In this document: positions 26,697-35,329 of the stretch, piece by piece
Position numbering within the stretch: the first letter of the stretch is position 1
Layout of the letters: each line of letters begins with the position of its first letter
Virus record (IMG/VR): IMGVR_UViG_3300015360_000055
Location: 1 to 53,580 of that record
Length of the DNA: 53,580 bases
Source: a virus
Lineage: Duplodnaviria > Caudoviricetes
Direction: 5' to 3' (one strand)
Notes under the pieces: model-generated
Databases searched by the model: none
The model's input: the letters and a program-made list of their open reading frames with translations, nothing else
What the model was told of the DNA's origin: nothing
Position numbers and translations under genes: made by a program

Positions 26697-27406
26697 AGGC
26701 CATTATTGCTGCGGGGGGCTCTGGATCTCGGATGGCCCCAGCCACTCGCTTCGTGAACAAGCATCTCCTTCCCGTGGGTGGAGGGAAGCTGATGATCGAT
26801 AAGCCGATTGAGTTTCTACGCCTCCACAACTTTGCGGAGATCACTGTAGTCACTGGAGCCAATCACGCAGCACAAATTGTTGAGTACGTTGGAGATGGCC
26901 ATCAGTATGGGTTCAAGCGGGTGGAGTATGCATTCCAGCCTAAGCCTGCTGGGATCAGCGATATTTTAAACCGAGTCTCTCATGGTGGAACTGAGAACGG
27001 AGTGCTCTTGATTTTAGGAGATAATGCGTTCTCCGCTGTTCAGGAGAGCGTTCATCTTCTAAGGTCCAATCCTGATTGCGCAGTAGCCTGGGAGTTCGAC
27101 GTGGGCAGCCCCGAGCTTGCTCAACGTTTTGGGCAGTACATGACGGACGGTGAAAAGGGGTGGATTACTGAGAAACCACTTGTCGCTGTTCACTCCAGAA
27201 TCCTCACCGGGCTCTATTATTTCCCGGCAGATGTTTTCGATAAGGTCAATAAATTGTCCCCCTCAGCAAGAGGAGAGTTGGAAATCACCGACCTTTTGAG
27301 CTTATACTTGGGCGAGGGCCGTCTCTCAGTTCATGAGGTCGTCGGATCCTGGTGTGATCTAGGTGAATGGAACTCATGGGAAGAGTTTATTGTGAGAAAT
27401 AAATGA
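26693..27406 (+). CDS. rmlA: glucose-1-phosphate thymidylyltransferase, short form
   Basis: AGGSGSRM.P.T..VNKHLLPV, QPKPAG, LILGDN, EKP, TGLYYF, SARGELEITD, WCDLG. Confidence 0.88.
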   Translation: MKAIIAAGGSGSRMAPATRFVNKHLLPVGGGKLMIDKPIEFLRLHNFAEITVVTGANHAAQIVEYVGDGHQYGFKRVEYAFQPKPAGISDILNRVSHGGTENGVLLILGDNAFSAVQESVHLLRSNPDCAVAWEFDVGSPELAQRFGQYMTDGEKGWITEKPLVAVHSRILTGLYYFPADVFDKVNKLSPSARGELEITDLLSLYLGEGRLSVHEVVGSWCDLGEWNSWEEFIVRNK

Positions 27407-27660
27407 TCTGCTTCATGTGCAAAAAAGAAAAACCTCGGCTCATTAAGATCTACATAAAAGATCGCGTGACCAGGAAGTCAGAGCAATCTGACGTTTGTAC
27501 CGATTGCGAAGGGGAGATGGAACGTCCCTTCGTCGTGTACATCAAGTCGCATCTGGCAAGATCGTTTATCCAATCGGTTAAATCCAAGGGTGGGTTCGTA
27601 AAAGACACCATGGTTCAAATGATGAAAGATTTCGTTAAGGAAGAAAAAAATGGAAAGTGA
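27403..27660 (+). CDS. zinc ribbon plus ribbon-helix-helix-like protein
   Basis: CFMC...CTDC, then a beta strand (FVVYI) and two helices ending MMKDFV. Confidence 0.55.
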   Translation: MICFMCKKEKPRLIKIYIKDRVTRKSEQSDVCTDCEGEMERPFVVYIKSHLARSFIQSVKSKGGFVKDTMVQMMKDFVKEEKNGK

Positions 27661-28057
27661 ATACGACATTCAGTTGAAAGAATATATTGGTTCTCTCGAA
27701 GAACATGCCGCAAAGACTGGCATCAAGGCATTCATTAAAACAAATGCTGGCCCCTTCTTCATGAACTCCATCTTTGAAGCCGAGACAGTCAAAGGGAACA
27801 AGAACTACATCGTGTTCTTTTTCGTGAAAAATAATTACGTTTATTACTGCCATGGAGACAGGGGTAAGAAGGTCAGGGAAGACCAATTTCAAAAGCTCAT
27901 CGACTATGGCGATCTCGTTCCTGTGCCACGCGAAAAGGCCGACCCAGAAAAGCTTGCTCTCTCTGTCCTTGGGTTGAAGGCTATGAGCGAAGGCTTACCA
28001 TTTAACGACTATATGAAAACTCTCTGGGGACACGGTCACGGTAGCGAGGTTCGCTAA
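27650..28057 (+). CDS. hypothetical protein
   Basis: 135 aa, coupled to both neighbours. Confidence 0.65.
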   Translation: MESEYDIQLKEYIGSLEEHAAKTGIKAFIKTNAGPFFMNSIFEAETVKGNKNYIVFFFVKNNYVYYCHGDRGKKVREDQFQKLIDYGDLVPVPREKADPEKLALSVLGLKAMSEGLPFNDYMKTLWGHGHGSEVR

Positions 28058-28861
28058 TTGTTCAAAATAGAAACCACGAAACAATGGGACAACTTTGCGA
28101 GCATCTACGGTGCCAAAGATATACGTCTCAGGTATCAGTGGTTTTTATTTGAATTCGGTAAAAGAGCTTCCAGGCTTTTCTACAAGCACCTTCTGCAACA
28201 GATCTCAGAGATCCCCGGCTCCACCAACTACAAGAAGTCCCTCATGCTTGCTGAGGTCAGGGATAAGGGTAAGATGGCGTGGTGGGCAATTGTGGCCTCA
28301 GCTAAGCCACTGGGAAACGCCAAGTACGATCCAAAGACCTCTTTGTTTGTCGTCGCCAGCAGGTTCACTAACGTTGATTCCGATCCCGTAAAGGAGATCT
28401 TGGAAGACATGGGACCATGGACGGTGGACACGATCCCATTTCTTCCATCAGCTAGGGCTGGACAAGTTGTCCTGAAAGAAGTCTCCGAAGACCAGGTCGA
28501 GCGAACCAAGGAAGCGAATCTAGCTCAAGGCCAGGACACTCGATCAAAAATGGTGAAGCACGGCATCCCCTATGAGCAACGAAACGTCGTCTACAGTAAG
28601 CTTCGCGTGATCGAAGACATCGAGATGAACGCTCTTCGGATTGAGTTCGGTCTAGCAGAAAAGTCCAAAGCTCACTGGAGGCCATCCATTCGATGGATCA
28701 AGAGACAGGGCATGGCGAGACTTGAAAAGGATCGGGATCTGATTCGTGTTTGGATCGATCCGAGATTTATCAAATATCGCCAGTTTAGACATTTTCGGGT
28801 AAAGTTAAAACAAGCGGAACTTAAGCGAATTCAGAATTTCCAGAATAAGGTGAGGGTTTAA
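28058..28861 (+). CDS. possible tail-completion/virion morphogenesis protein
   Basis: Basic; RIEFG...AHWRPSI resembles the EFG..RP motif of HK97 gp10-like proteins; precedes terminator and sheath. Confidence 0.5.
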   Translation: MFKIETTKQWDNFASIYGAKDIRLRYQWFLFEFGKRASRLFYKHLLQQISEIPGSTNYKKSLMLAEVRDKGKMAWWAIVASAKPLGNAKYDPKTSLFVVASRFTNVDSDPVKEILEDMGPWTVDTIPFLPSARAGQVVLKEVSEDQVERTKEANLAQGQDTRSKMVKHGIPYEQRNVVYSKLRVIEDIEMNALRIEFGLAEKSKAHWRPSIRWIKRQGMARLEKDRDLIRVWIDPRFIKYRQFRHFRVKLKQAELKRIQNFQNKVRV

Positions 28862-28863
28862 TT

Positions 28864-29160
28864 ATGTTGGACGATAAAGAGATCCCGCAAGAAGACGTAG
28901 TGGACAAGGCTTTGCTGGATATCGTTCACGAGGTCTTTGGCGATGACTATGACGACGAAGAGCTAGATGGCGCTTTGGACGTGATTCTCGCAATCCTAGA
29001 TGAACTCATCGACACTGGAGATGCTGAAGAAATGCCTGAAAATGAGGCTCCTGAAGAGGAGAAGAATGATTGGGTAGCTCGCTTCCGGGATAAGCTCAAG
29101 CAGGCAGTTATCGACGGAGTGACGCTGGGGGAGCCGGAAAATGATCAAAATTTGGGATAA
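28864..29160 (+). CDS. small very acidic protein
   Basis: 98 aa, D/E-rich and helical. Confidence 0.7.
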   Translation: MLDDKEIPQEDVVDKALLDIVHEVFGDDYDDEELDGALDVILAILDELIDTGDAEEMPENEAPEEEKNDWVARFRDKLKQAVIDGVTLGEPENDQNLG

Positions 29161-29809
29161 GAAGACAGGGTCTGTCTTCCTCAGAAACTTTGATGAAGGA
29201 ATCATGAGCACCCTTGGGGCCACCCCTGACCCTATGAGTTCAAACGATCCTTGTTACGGAGTGACTGTCCCGTTTGCCTCGGGCGCGGCGAATGTCCCAG
29301 TTTATTTTTCTCAGCCTGAATCTCTTTTTAAGAAGATGGTCTTCCCATTTATTACCATCAACCGCGACGATGTTACGCTCGCCATGCACAGATGGATGGG
29401 TGTTGGGCAGCTTGAGTACAGGGCTGGCGTCAGCGGTACGCAGATGGTGATCGGCGGAGTGAGTGGGTTCTCTGAATATGAGATGAAACCCCAGGCTTTT
29501 CCGCATGACATAACGTACACCATCTCAATGTGGGATCGCTACGAGTCGAGCGTGCAAGCAATACTTCAAAAGGTGTTGAAGGCAGTGTATCCTGTTGGTA
29601 GATTAATAGTGTACGATAGTCTAAAGTTGATTCGCTCTTATGAGTACTACTGGGAAGGATCGATTGCAAATTTGCAAGAGATCATTGATCCTGTCACTAG
29701 AGCGAGAGGTTATGCACTTACGATACGAGTGGAAGCTGAGTTGGATCTGGTGGATCCGTACACTTCAGGATCGGTAAGTGGAACTGATTTAAGTATGAAT
29801 CGTTCTTGA
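29141..29809 (+). CDS. probable tail terminator/sheath stabiliser
   Basis: VPVYFSQPE, FPFITI.R, P.DITYTI pattern; directly upstream of the sheath. Confidence 0.6.
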   Translation: MIKIWDKKTGSVFLRNFDEGIMSTLGATPDPMSSNDPCYGVTVPFASGAANVPVYFSQPESLFKKMVFPFITINRDDVTLAMHRWMGVGQLEYRAGVSGTQMVIGGVSGFSEYEMKPQAFPHDITYTISMWDRYESSVQAILQKVLKAVYPVGRLIVYDSLKLIRSYEYYWEGSIANLQEIIDPVTRARGYALTIRVEAELDLVDPYTSGSVSGTDLSMNRS

Positions 29810-29870
29810 GAAAATTTAATGCGCTCGAAACGGATTGAGCGTTTGTAGAAAAGCTACGGAGGGATGTCAC

Positions 29871-31679
29871 TTGGCACCAGAATTTCTTTCACCTGATGTG
29901 TTTGTAGAAGAGGTCCAGGGCAAAAGTGGACAGATCACTGTAGCATCAACGTCTACCTTCGCCATGGTCGGATACTCTCCGCGTGGACCTGAAGGCAAAG
30001 CGTTTGCTCACGGATCAGTCAAAGAATTCTTTGACCGCTTCGGATCTTATAACTCCAAGTCCATGGTTGCTTACCAAGCTTCTGCGTTCTACGCCAACGG
30101 CGGATCGCAGCTCGTCTTCGTTCGCGAGCTTCACTCGGACGCGACTTATGCAAGCGGTGCCTTTTCCGGAAAATGGGACGCTAAGGCATCGGGTCGCGGT
30201 GTGTGGGCAAATGGAGCTGAGATTACCATCAGCGGAAACGAAAGCTTTTACAACCAAGCCACTGCTGCTTACTCACGGTTTAACGTCACGGTTGAGCTTG
30301 TCGATCCCTCGACCGGACTACTCGGAGTCACTGAGACTTTCGAAGCTGTCGATCTGATTGACGACGAGAGCCCTGATTACATCTTGAAAGTCTTGGAAGC
30401 CAATTCCGAAGACATCTCCTTGCTCGCAACAAGCGGCGGAGTTCCTACCGAACTCATCCCAGTTGAAACTCTAGGAACGGCAGGAGGAACTGGAGACGGC
30501 TCGACCACGGCATTCGCAGTCAGCCTGGGCGCAAGCACTCCTCTTGCTCCAACGACTGTCAAAGTCCGAGTGAACGGTGTCCTGGTTGCTCAAGATGACG
30601 GCGAAGGCGTTTTGGTTGACGTAGCTGGCGGACCTGTCGTGACAGGCACTGTGAACTATGCTTCTGGCGCTTTGTCAGTCGTTCTGTCGATCGCTCCAAG
30701 TATCGGTGATTTGGTCACGGCTGATTCCATCAAGAAGCCGGATGCAAGCGTGACCATCACTCTTGCTGGCGGATCCGATGGTACGGCTGTCATCTCCTCT
30801 GATTTGGTCGGAGCAGGACTCGCTGCCAACTCACGCGGCATCTACGCCTTGGACGCAATGGACATTCAGATGTCTTTGGCGATCCCAGATTTCATTGGCG
30901 ACCAGTCCACTGATACGGCGATCCTGGCTTACGCTTCGAGTCGTGCTGACATCGTTGCTCTTCTTCAACCTGCTAAGGGCACGAGTGCTGCGAACGCTGT
31001 GAAGTACAAACGCAACGTTCTGGCTTCGACCTCCTCTTACGGTGCGATGTACTGGCCGTGGGTAAAGATGCCTGACCCTCTGAATAAGAACCGCGCAAAG
31101 GTGGTTCCTGCTGTCGGTCACATTGCAGGTCGCTACGCTTTCACTGACTCTCGCGAGAACGTGGGCAAGGCACCAGCCGGTGTGACACGCGGTCAGTTGT
31201 CCTTGATCTTGGGTCTCGAAAGAGAAGTGACCAAGCAAGATCGCAACACCGTATTCCCAGCACAGATTAACGCGATCCGCTCAGACGCTGAAGTCGGAAC
31301 TGCAATCTGGGGTAACCGTACCCTTCAGGTTGTGGGTGACTTCACTGACGTGAACGTTCGTCGCTTGTTCATCTTTCTTGAGAAGGCTCAGAAGGCTGGA
31401 CTCGTTGACATCGTGTTTGAGAACATCGGCCCAGTGACCTTCGGCTTAATCAAGGCTCGACTGGATTCCTTCTTGGAGAATCTGTTCTTGCAGGGCGTGA
31501 TTGGATCTGGAGTGCCAGACAAGAATCAGGCGTACAAGGTGATTTGCGATTTGAGCAACAATCCTCCTTCGGTTCAGCAATCCAAGAGAATTGTTATCGA
31601 CGAATTCGTGAAACCAAACCTCGCCGCTGAGTTTATCCACCTCAAAGTGCAGAAGGTTTTTGACGCAAGTCAGATTTAA
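29871..31679 (+). CDS. contractile tail sheath protein
   Basis: TTG start after GGAGGG; FLSPDVFVEE, FYANGG, YGAMYWPW, KAPAG, INAIR, WGNRTL, VNVRRLFIFLE, VFEN, KPNLAAEFI. Confidence 0.96.
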   Translation: MAPEFLSPDVFVEEVQGKSGQITVASTSTFAMVGYSPRGPEGKAFAHGSVKEFFDRFGSYNSKSMVAYQASAFYANGGSQLVFVRELHSDATYASGAFSGKWDAKASGRGVWANGAEITISGNESFYNQATAAYSRFNVTVELVDPSTGLLGVTETFEAVDLIDDESPDYILKVLEANSEDISLLATSGGVPTELIPVETLGTAGGTGDGSTTAFAVSLGASTPLAPTTVKVRVNGVLVAQDDGEGVLVDVAGGPVVTGTVNYASGALSVVLSIAPSIGDLVTADSIKKPDASVTITLAGGSDGTAVISSDLVGAGLAANSRGIYALDAMDIQMSLAIPDFIGDQSTDTAILAYASSRADIVALLQPAKGTSAANAVKYKRNVLASTSSYGAMYWPWVKMPDPLNKNRAKVVPAVGHIAGRYAFTDSRENVGKAPAGVTRGQLSLILGLEREVTKQDRNTVFPAQINAIRSDAEVGTAIWGNRTLQVVGDFTDVNVRRLFIFLEKAQKAGLVDIVFENIGPVTFGLIKARLDSFLENLFLQGVIGSGVPDKNQAYKVICDLSNNPPSVQQSKRIVIDEFVKPNLAAEFIHLKVQKVFDASQI

Positions 31680-31694
31680 TAAGGAGTAGGGAAC

Positions 31695-32234
31695 ATGGCT
31701 GAAACAGCGAGATCTCAATCAACCGATCCATTTTCGATGCATCGGTTTCATGTAACAGATACGGGCGGGTTTCTGAACCTTGGAACTCCTGCGGCTGGAT
31801 TCAACACTCTCGTTTCTCCTGAAATGAGCGTTGGATCTGTCGAGTACCAGGAAGGGACGATGCTCTATCGTCGCAAGTTCCCAGGCGAAGTCACCTTCGC
31901 TCCGCTCACCTTGACGAAAGGGATCGTCAAAAACGATTCAAGCTTCTACAAGTGGATGCGTGCCTGCGCAGAAAACCGCGTCTATCGCACCAACCTGATC
32001 ATCAAGCACTTTCACCGTGATGATGTCTCGGGCATGGTCGATTACCTTTCGGCTAAGCCTTGGCGCGAAATTCATTGCTTCAACGCTTTCGTGACCCGCG
32101 TGAAGATGGGTTCTGATTTTGATTCCATGTCTGCCGAAGTCACTATCGAAGACTTGGATATTGAAATCGAATACTTCCGTTTGTTCGAAAACGGCAAAGA
32201 AGTGGATGCGGCTGGCGCTACGGCTGGAGCGTAA
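31695..32234 (+). CDS. tail tube protein 1 (gp19-like)
   Basis: TDPF..HRFHV, AGF, EYQEG, KFPG, LTLTKG, FYKW, DFDSMSAEVTIE. Confidence 0.9.
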   Translation: MAETARSQSTDPFSMHRFHVTDTGGFLNLGTPAAGFNTLVSPEMSVGSVEYQEGTMLYRRKFPGEVTFAPLTLTKGIVKNDSSFYKWMRACAENRVYRTNLIIKHFHRDDVSGMVDYLSAKPWREIHCFNAFVTRVKMGSDFDSMSAEVTIEDLDIEIEYFRLFENGKEVDAAGATAGA

Positions 32235-32237
32235 TCT

Positions 32238-32783
32238 ATGGCGGTAACCCCTGACAGTCGGGCGGATCAGGCAACTGATTTCTACCACTCGTTCAGATTC
32301 CTTGTGTACGATGAGCAGGGCTATATCCAGAGCGGCGCAAGCTTGGTTGCTGGATTCTCCAACTGCACTCTTCCCGAGCAAAACATCGACCACCTTGAGT
32401 ACAGCGAAGGCACCTGGACGTATTCAAAGATGTACCCAGGCCGGTCTACCTTTACCACGGTCACGCTCTCTCGCGGGATCGCAAAGGGGTATACTAACTT
32501 TGCTGACTGGATCACGAGAGCTGCCGAGGGCGGGAACTACCGGACCAACATCACGATCGTTCACTACCACCGGAAAGACCTGGAAGGTAAGTCTTCCGGT
32601 CAGGAGTTTTTAGCGACGAATCCGTCGCAATCTCGTAAGATCGTCTGTTATAACTGCGTGCCGATCCGATTTAGGCCGGGTCATGACTTCGACTCCATGT
32701 CGAGTGACATCTCGATTCAAGAGATCGAGTTCCAACCAGAGTATTTCAAGGTATTCCAGGTTACCCCTGGCACGACCGTCTAA
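32238..32783 (+). CDS. tail tube-like protein 2
   Basis: FRF, AGFS..TLPE, EYSEG, YPG, VTLSRG, FADW, DFDSMSSDISIQEIE. Confidence 0.88.
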   Translation: MAVTPDSRADQATDFYHSFRFLVYDEQGYIQSGASLVAGFSNCTLPEQNIDHLEYSEGTWTYSKMYPGRSTFTTVTLSRGIAKGYTNFADWITRAAEGGNYRTNITIVHYHRKDLEGKSSGQEFLATNPSQSRKIVCYNCVPIRFRPGHDFDSMSSDISIQEIEFQPEYFKVFQVTPGTTV

Positions 32784-32804
32784 TTCCGTGGTTTAATCTT
32801 TGAT

Positions 32805-33398
32805 ATGGCGAGCCCTGGTTCAATCATTCCAAGAACGCAGAGAATTTCTGATTATCTCACCACCCTGCACTTTCACCTGCTGGATGTGAGCTTTCAGATT
32901 CCAACCGTGTTCAATTTGGCATTCGGCTTTAGGCACTGCTCCCCTCCTGAGATCACAATCGATACTAAGGAAGTCAAAGAAGGCACCTACGAATATAAGA
33001 AGGCTGTCGTCCACGGTGCAGCCGCTGGCCCGATCATCCTTCAGCAGGGCGTGCAAATTTTCAACTCAGACTTCTATGATTGGACACGAAGCGCCGTAAT
33101 TGGATCGCAGTCTTATCGAAGAAACTTGATGCTCATTCAGTTTACCGATGTTTCGCCGTTTGGCGTTGGTCAGAGTGGAACTGGGCCATTGGGTGGTATC
33201 GTTGGCGGTCTGGTGAACGCTGTGCTCCCATTGAATGATCTGATCTCTCGTGTCCCAGGAAGAGCCTGGATGCTCACCGGATGCATCCCTACTCATTACC
33301 GGGCAGCGACTGACTTTGACCCATTGTCGCCCGATATTTCAATCATGGAGATGACTCTTCAGCCCGAGAGCATTGATGAGTTCAGCCTGGGAGTTTAA
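32805..33398 (+). CDS. tail tube-like protein 3
   Basis: GF..CSPPE, EVKEG, IILQQG, FYDW, RAW.L.GC.P, DFD....ISIMEMTL. Confidence 0.85.
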   Translation: MASPGSIIPRTQRISDYLTTLHFHLLDVSFQIPTVFNLAFGFRHCSPPEITIDTKEVKEGTYEYKKAVVHGAAAGPIILQQGVQIFNSDFYDWTRSAVIGSQSYRRNLMLIQFTDVSPFGVGQSGTGPLGGIVGGLVNAVLPLNDLISRVPGRAWMLTGCIPTHYRAATDFDPLSPDISIMEMTLQPESIDEFSLGV

Positions 33399-33893
33399 AT
33401 GATTTCTTTGCAAAAGTTGGTCAACAGTACACCTGTCGATGTGAAGGCCAGATCCAGAGATGTGACTGCCGTTGTGAGTGCCGTCCGCCTGGGCTCCAAG
33501 ACTTCTGGCAAGGTGAAAATTGCCACCATCGTTTTCACCGGAAAAGGGAAGGCCGCTACTGAGTCTGACTGGTGGGAGTTCTCCATCGAGCTGTACCCAA
33601 ACGAAGTCCATGAGAACATCTTCCAAAAAGTCGGCCCACTGAATGCTGCCTGGGTAAAGTGCTCCTGTCCCTACTTCCATTTCTACCTGAAGCATGTTCT
33701 CTGGAAGAAGGACTCGACTTCTATTCAAACAAAATTTGATCAAGGAGCCATGGCTCCAGCCACGATCAAGAATCCTGGAAATGTTGCCTACCTCTGTAAG
33801 CATCTCTTTGCTGCTCAAGCCGCCGTCGTGAAGCGTGCTCAAGAACTGGCCAAGAAAGAGACCCGTAAGGGCGAGATTAAGTTTACGCAGTGA
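33399..33893 (+). CDS. protein with SWIM-type CxC...CxH motif
   Basis: VKCSCPYFHFY...NPGNVAYLCKHL. Confidence 0.75.
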   Translation: MISLQKLVNSTPVDVKARSRDVTAVVSAVRLGSKTSGKVKIATIVFTGKGKAATESDWWEFSIELYPNEVHENIFQKVGPLNAAWVKCSCPYFHFYLKHVLWKKDSTSIQTKFDQGAMAPATIKNPGNVAYLCKHLFAAQAAVVKRAQELAKKETRKGEIKFTQ

Positions 33894-33927
33894 GACCAGG
33901 TACAAAGTAAATTACATTTCGTATTGA

Positions 33928-33957
33928 CATAGAATGTTCCACCCGGAACATTCTATG
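33928..33957. promoter_or_regulatory. perfect 13-bp inverted repeat before the HNH gene
   Basis: CATAGAATGTTCC-accc-GGAACATTCTATG; overlaps TTGACA at 33924-33929 and ends 5 nt before ATG 33963. Confidence 0.75.
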
Positions 33958-33962
33958 GGAAC

Positions 33963-34313
33963 ATGCCAACCACAAGAATGCCCTGCCTGTTTGATGGATC
34001 TGAGTCTTTTCTGCACGAAAGACGAAGCTGCCCAAAATGTAAGATGATGTACGCACGGAAGTGGCGGGCAACCCAAAACGGGATCAAGAACTCAAAAGCA
34101 CGTCACGAAAAAATGAAACGCACTCCATTTGAACAGGCCAAAAAAAAGGTCTATGTAGAGGTGAGAGCTGGTCGTTTACCGCGCATTTCCACAAGAATGT
34201 GCGTAGACTGTGGAGTACGGGCAGAGGTCTATGATCATAGAGATTATTCAAAACCGCTCGATGTCGAACCAGTGTGCAAAAGATGCAATCGCTTAAGAGG
34301 TGGCGCTCTGTAA
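33963..34313 (+). CDS. small HNH-like zinc-binding endonuclease
   Basis: CVDCG....YDHRDYSKPLDVEPVCKRCN, plus an N-terminal CPKC. Confidence 0.7.
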   Translation: MPTTRMPCLFDGSESFLHERRSCPKCKMMYARKWRATQNGIKNSKARHEKMKRTPFEQAKKKVYVEVRAGRLPRISTRMCVDCGVRAEVYDHRDYSKPLDVEPVCKRCNRLRGGAL

Positions 34314-34348
34314 AATGCTATGCAGTCACTGACAGGGAACACTTAGTC

Positions 34349-34753
34349 ATGGAAAAAAAGAAGGTTCAGATCATTGCGAAGTATTTAGGCAGTCCGGCTC
34401 AGACCAAAGAGAAAGTCTTGAACAACTGGAACAAGTTGCTGAACACATTGAATGCAACCCATGGCGAGGTTATTACTGCTCTTGAGGACCTTTTGGAGCA
34501 ACCTGGAGAGATGCTGGGTCTAACCGGCGAAGAGCTTTGTCAGATGGCTCGCGTCCTCGGGATCAAACGGATCAACAGATTGGTCTTCCGAAAGGTCTCT
34601 CCCAACGATCAGGAGAAGTATCCTGAACTCGGGGAAGACGCTGCCCCAGCTCCAGGGACATCCTTTACTTCAACGGCGAATGTAGCAAAATACCCCTCAC
34701 CACTCGGTACATTTCGTTCAGACTTCTACAGGATGAAGAAAAAGAAAAAGTAG
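34349..34753 (+). CDS. hypothetical protein
   Basis: In-frame ATG 34349; C-terminal LGE-DAAP...TANVAKYPSPLG resembles small T4-like head-associated peptides (recalled). Confidence 0.6.
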   Translation: MEKKKVQIIAKYLGSPAQTKEKVLNNWNKLLNTLNATHGEVITALEDLLEQPGEMLGLTGEELCQMARVLGIKRINRLVFRKVSPNDQEKYPELGEDAAPAPGTSFTSTANVAKYPSPLGTFRSDFYRMKKKKK

Positions 34754-34765
34754 AAATACGCCTGC

Positions 34766-34794
34766 TTTACGCAAACTTTTTTTCCAAGTATGAT
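34766..34794 (+). promoter_or_regulatory. sigma70-like promoter, probably leaderless transcript
   Basis: TTTACG, 17 nt, TATGAT; ATG follows 6 nt later with no SD. Confidence 0.6.
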
Positions 34795-34800
34795 TAAAAA

Positions 34801-34989
34801 ATGGAAGATGAGAAGAGCGTTGATGTCATTCCTGAGAAAATTAGGATTAATGTTTGGATCACGCGCACTCATTACGAGTCGTTGATGACTCTCTCTTCGA
34901 TGGATAATCGAACGCTTTCTGACTTAGTCAGAGAAGCTTTCCGAGATTACGTCCACAAATATGAAGGCCGACTTAAGGGTGACAAGTAA
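34801..34989 (+). CDS. ribbon-helix-helix (CopG/Arc-like) DNA-binding protein
   Basis: RINVWIT strand, helix, then RTLSDLVREAFRDYV. Confidence 0.8.
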   Translation: MEDEKSVDVIPEKIRINVWITRTHYESLMTLSSMDNRTLSDLVREAFRDYVHKYEGRLKGDK

Positions 34990-35303
34990 TGGCTCGCGTA
35001 AACATCACCCGCTCGTCATGGCTTAATCTTTCCAAACTCCTTGATTTCAATGGAACCGTTTTTTGGGACAGCACAGAATTCCCAGAAATTCCGTTTTCCA
35101 CGCTCGATACCTATATTCAACTCACAGATGTTCAAGCTCAGCGAATCGATCAGGTCGCTTTCGAGCAGTACGGCGATTCAAACTATATGTGGGTTCTCAT
35201 GTTGGCTAATGACAAAGAATTGCCGAACGGTTTTGTCGGTGGAGAAACGATTCGTGTTCCAACGAAGGCCACGATTGATTTGATTCTGAAACCGAAAACC
35301 TGA
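34989..35303 (+). CDS. LysM-like baseplate protein (gp53/tail X-like)
   Basis: RIDQVAFEQYGDSNYMWVLMLAN...GETIRVP. Confidence 0.8.
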   Translation: MARVNITRSSWLNLSKLLDFNGTVFWDSTEFPEIPFSTLDTYIQLTDVQAQRIDQVAFEQYGDSNYMWVLMLANDKELPNGFVGGETIRVPTKATIDLILKPKT

Positions 35304-35314
35304 AACCCGTAATA
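35299..35314 (+). repeat. dispersed motif copy 5, CCTGAAACCCGTAATA
   Basis: 16/16 identical to copy 1; again contains the TGA stop of the upstream gene. Confidence 0.9.
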
Positions 35315-35329
35315 CGTTGAGGAGGTTAA

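Noticed and set aside
29835-33398. Bacterial eCIS/tailocin locus
   Set aside because: Terminase, portal, protease and capsid genes show a complete phage.
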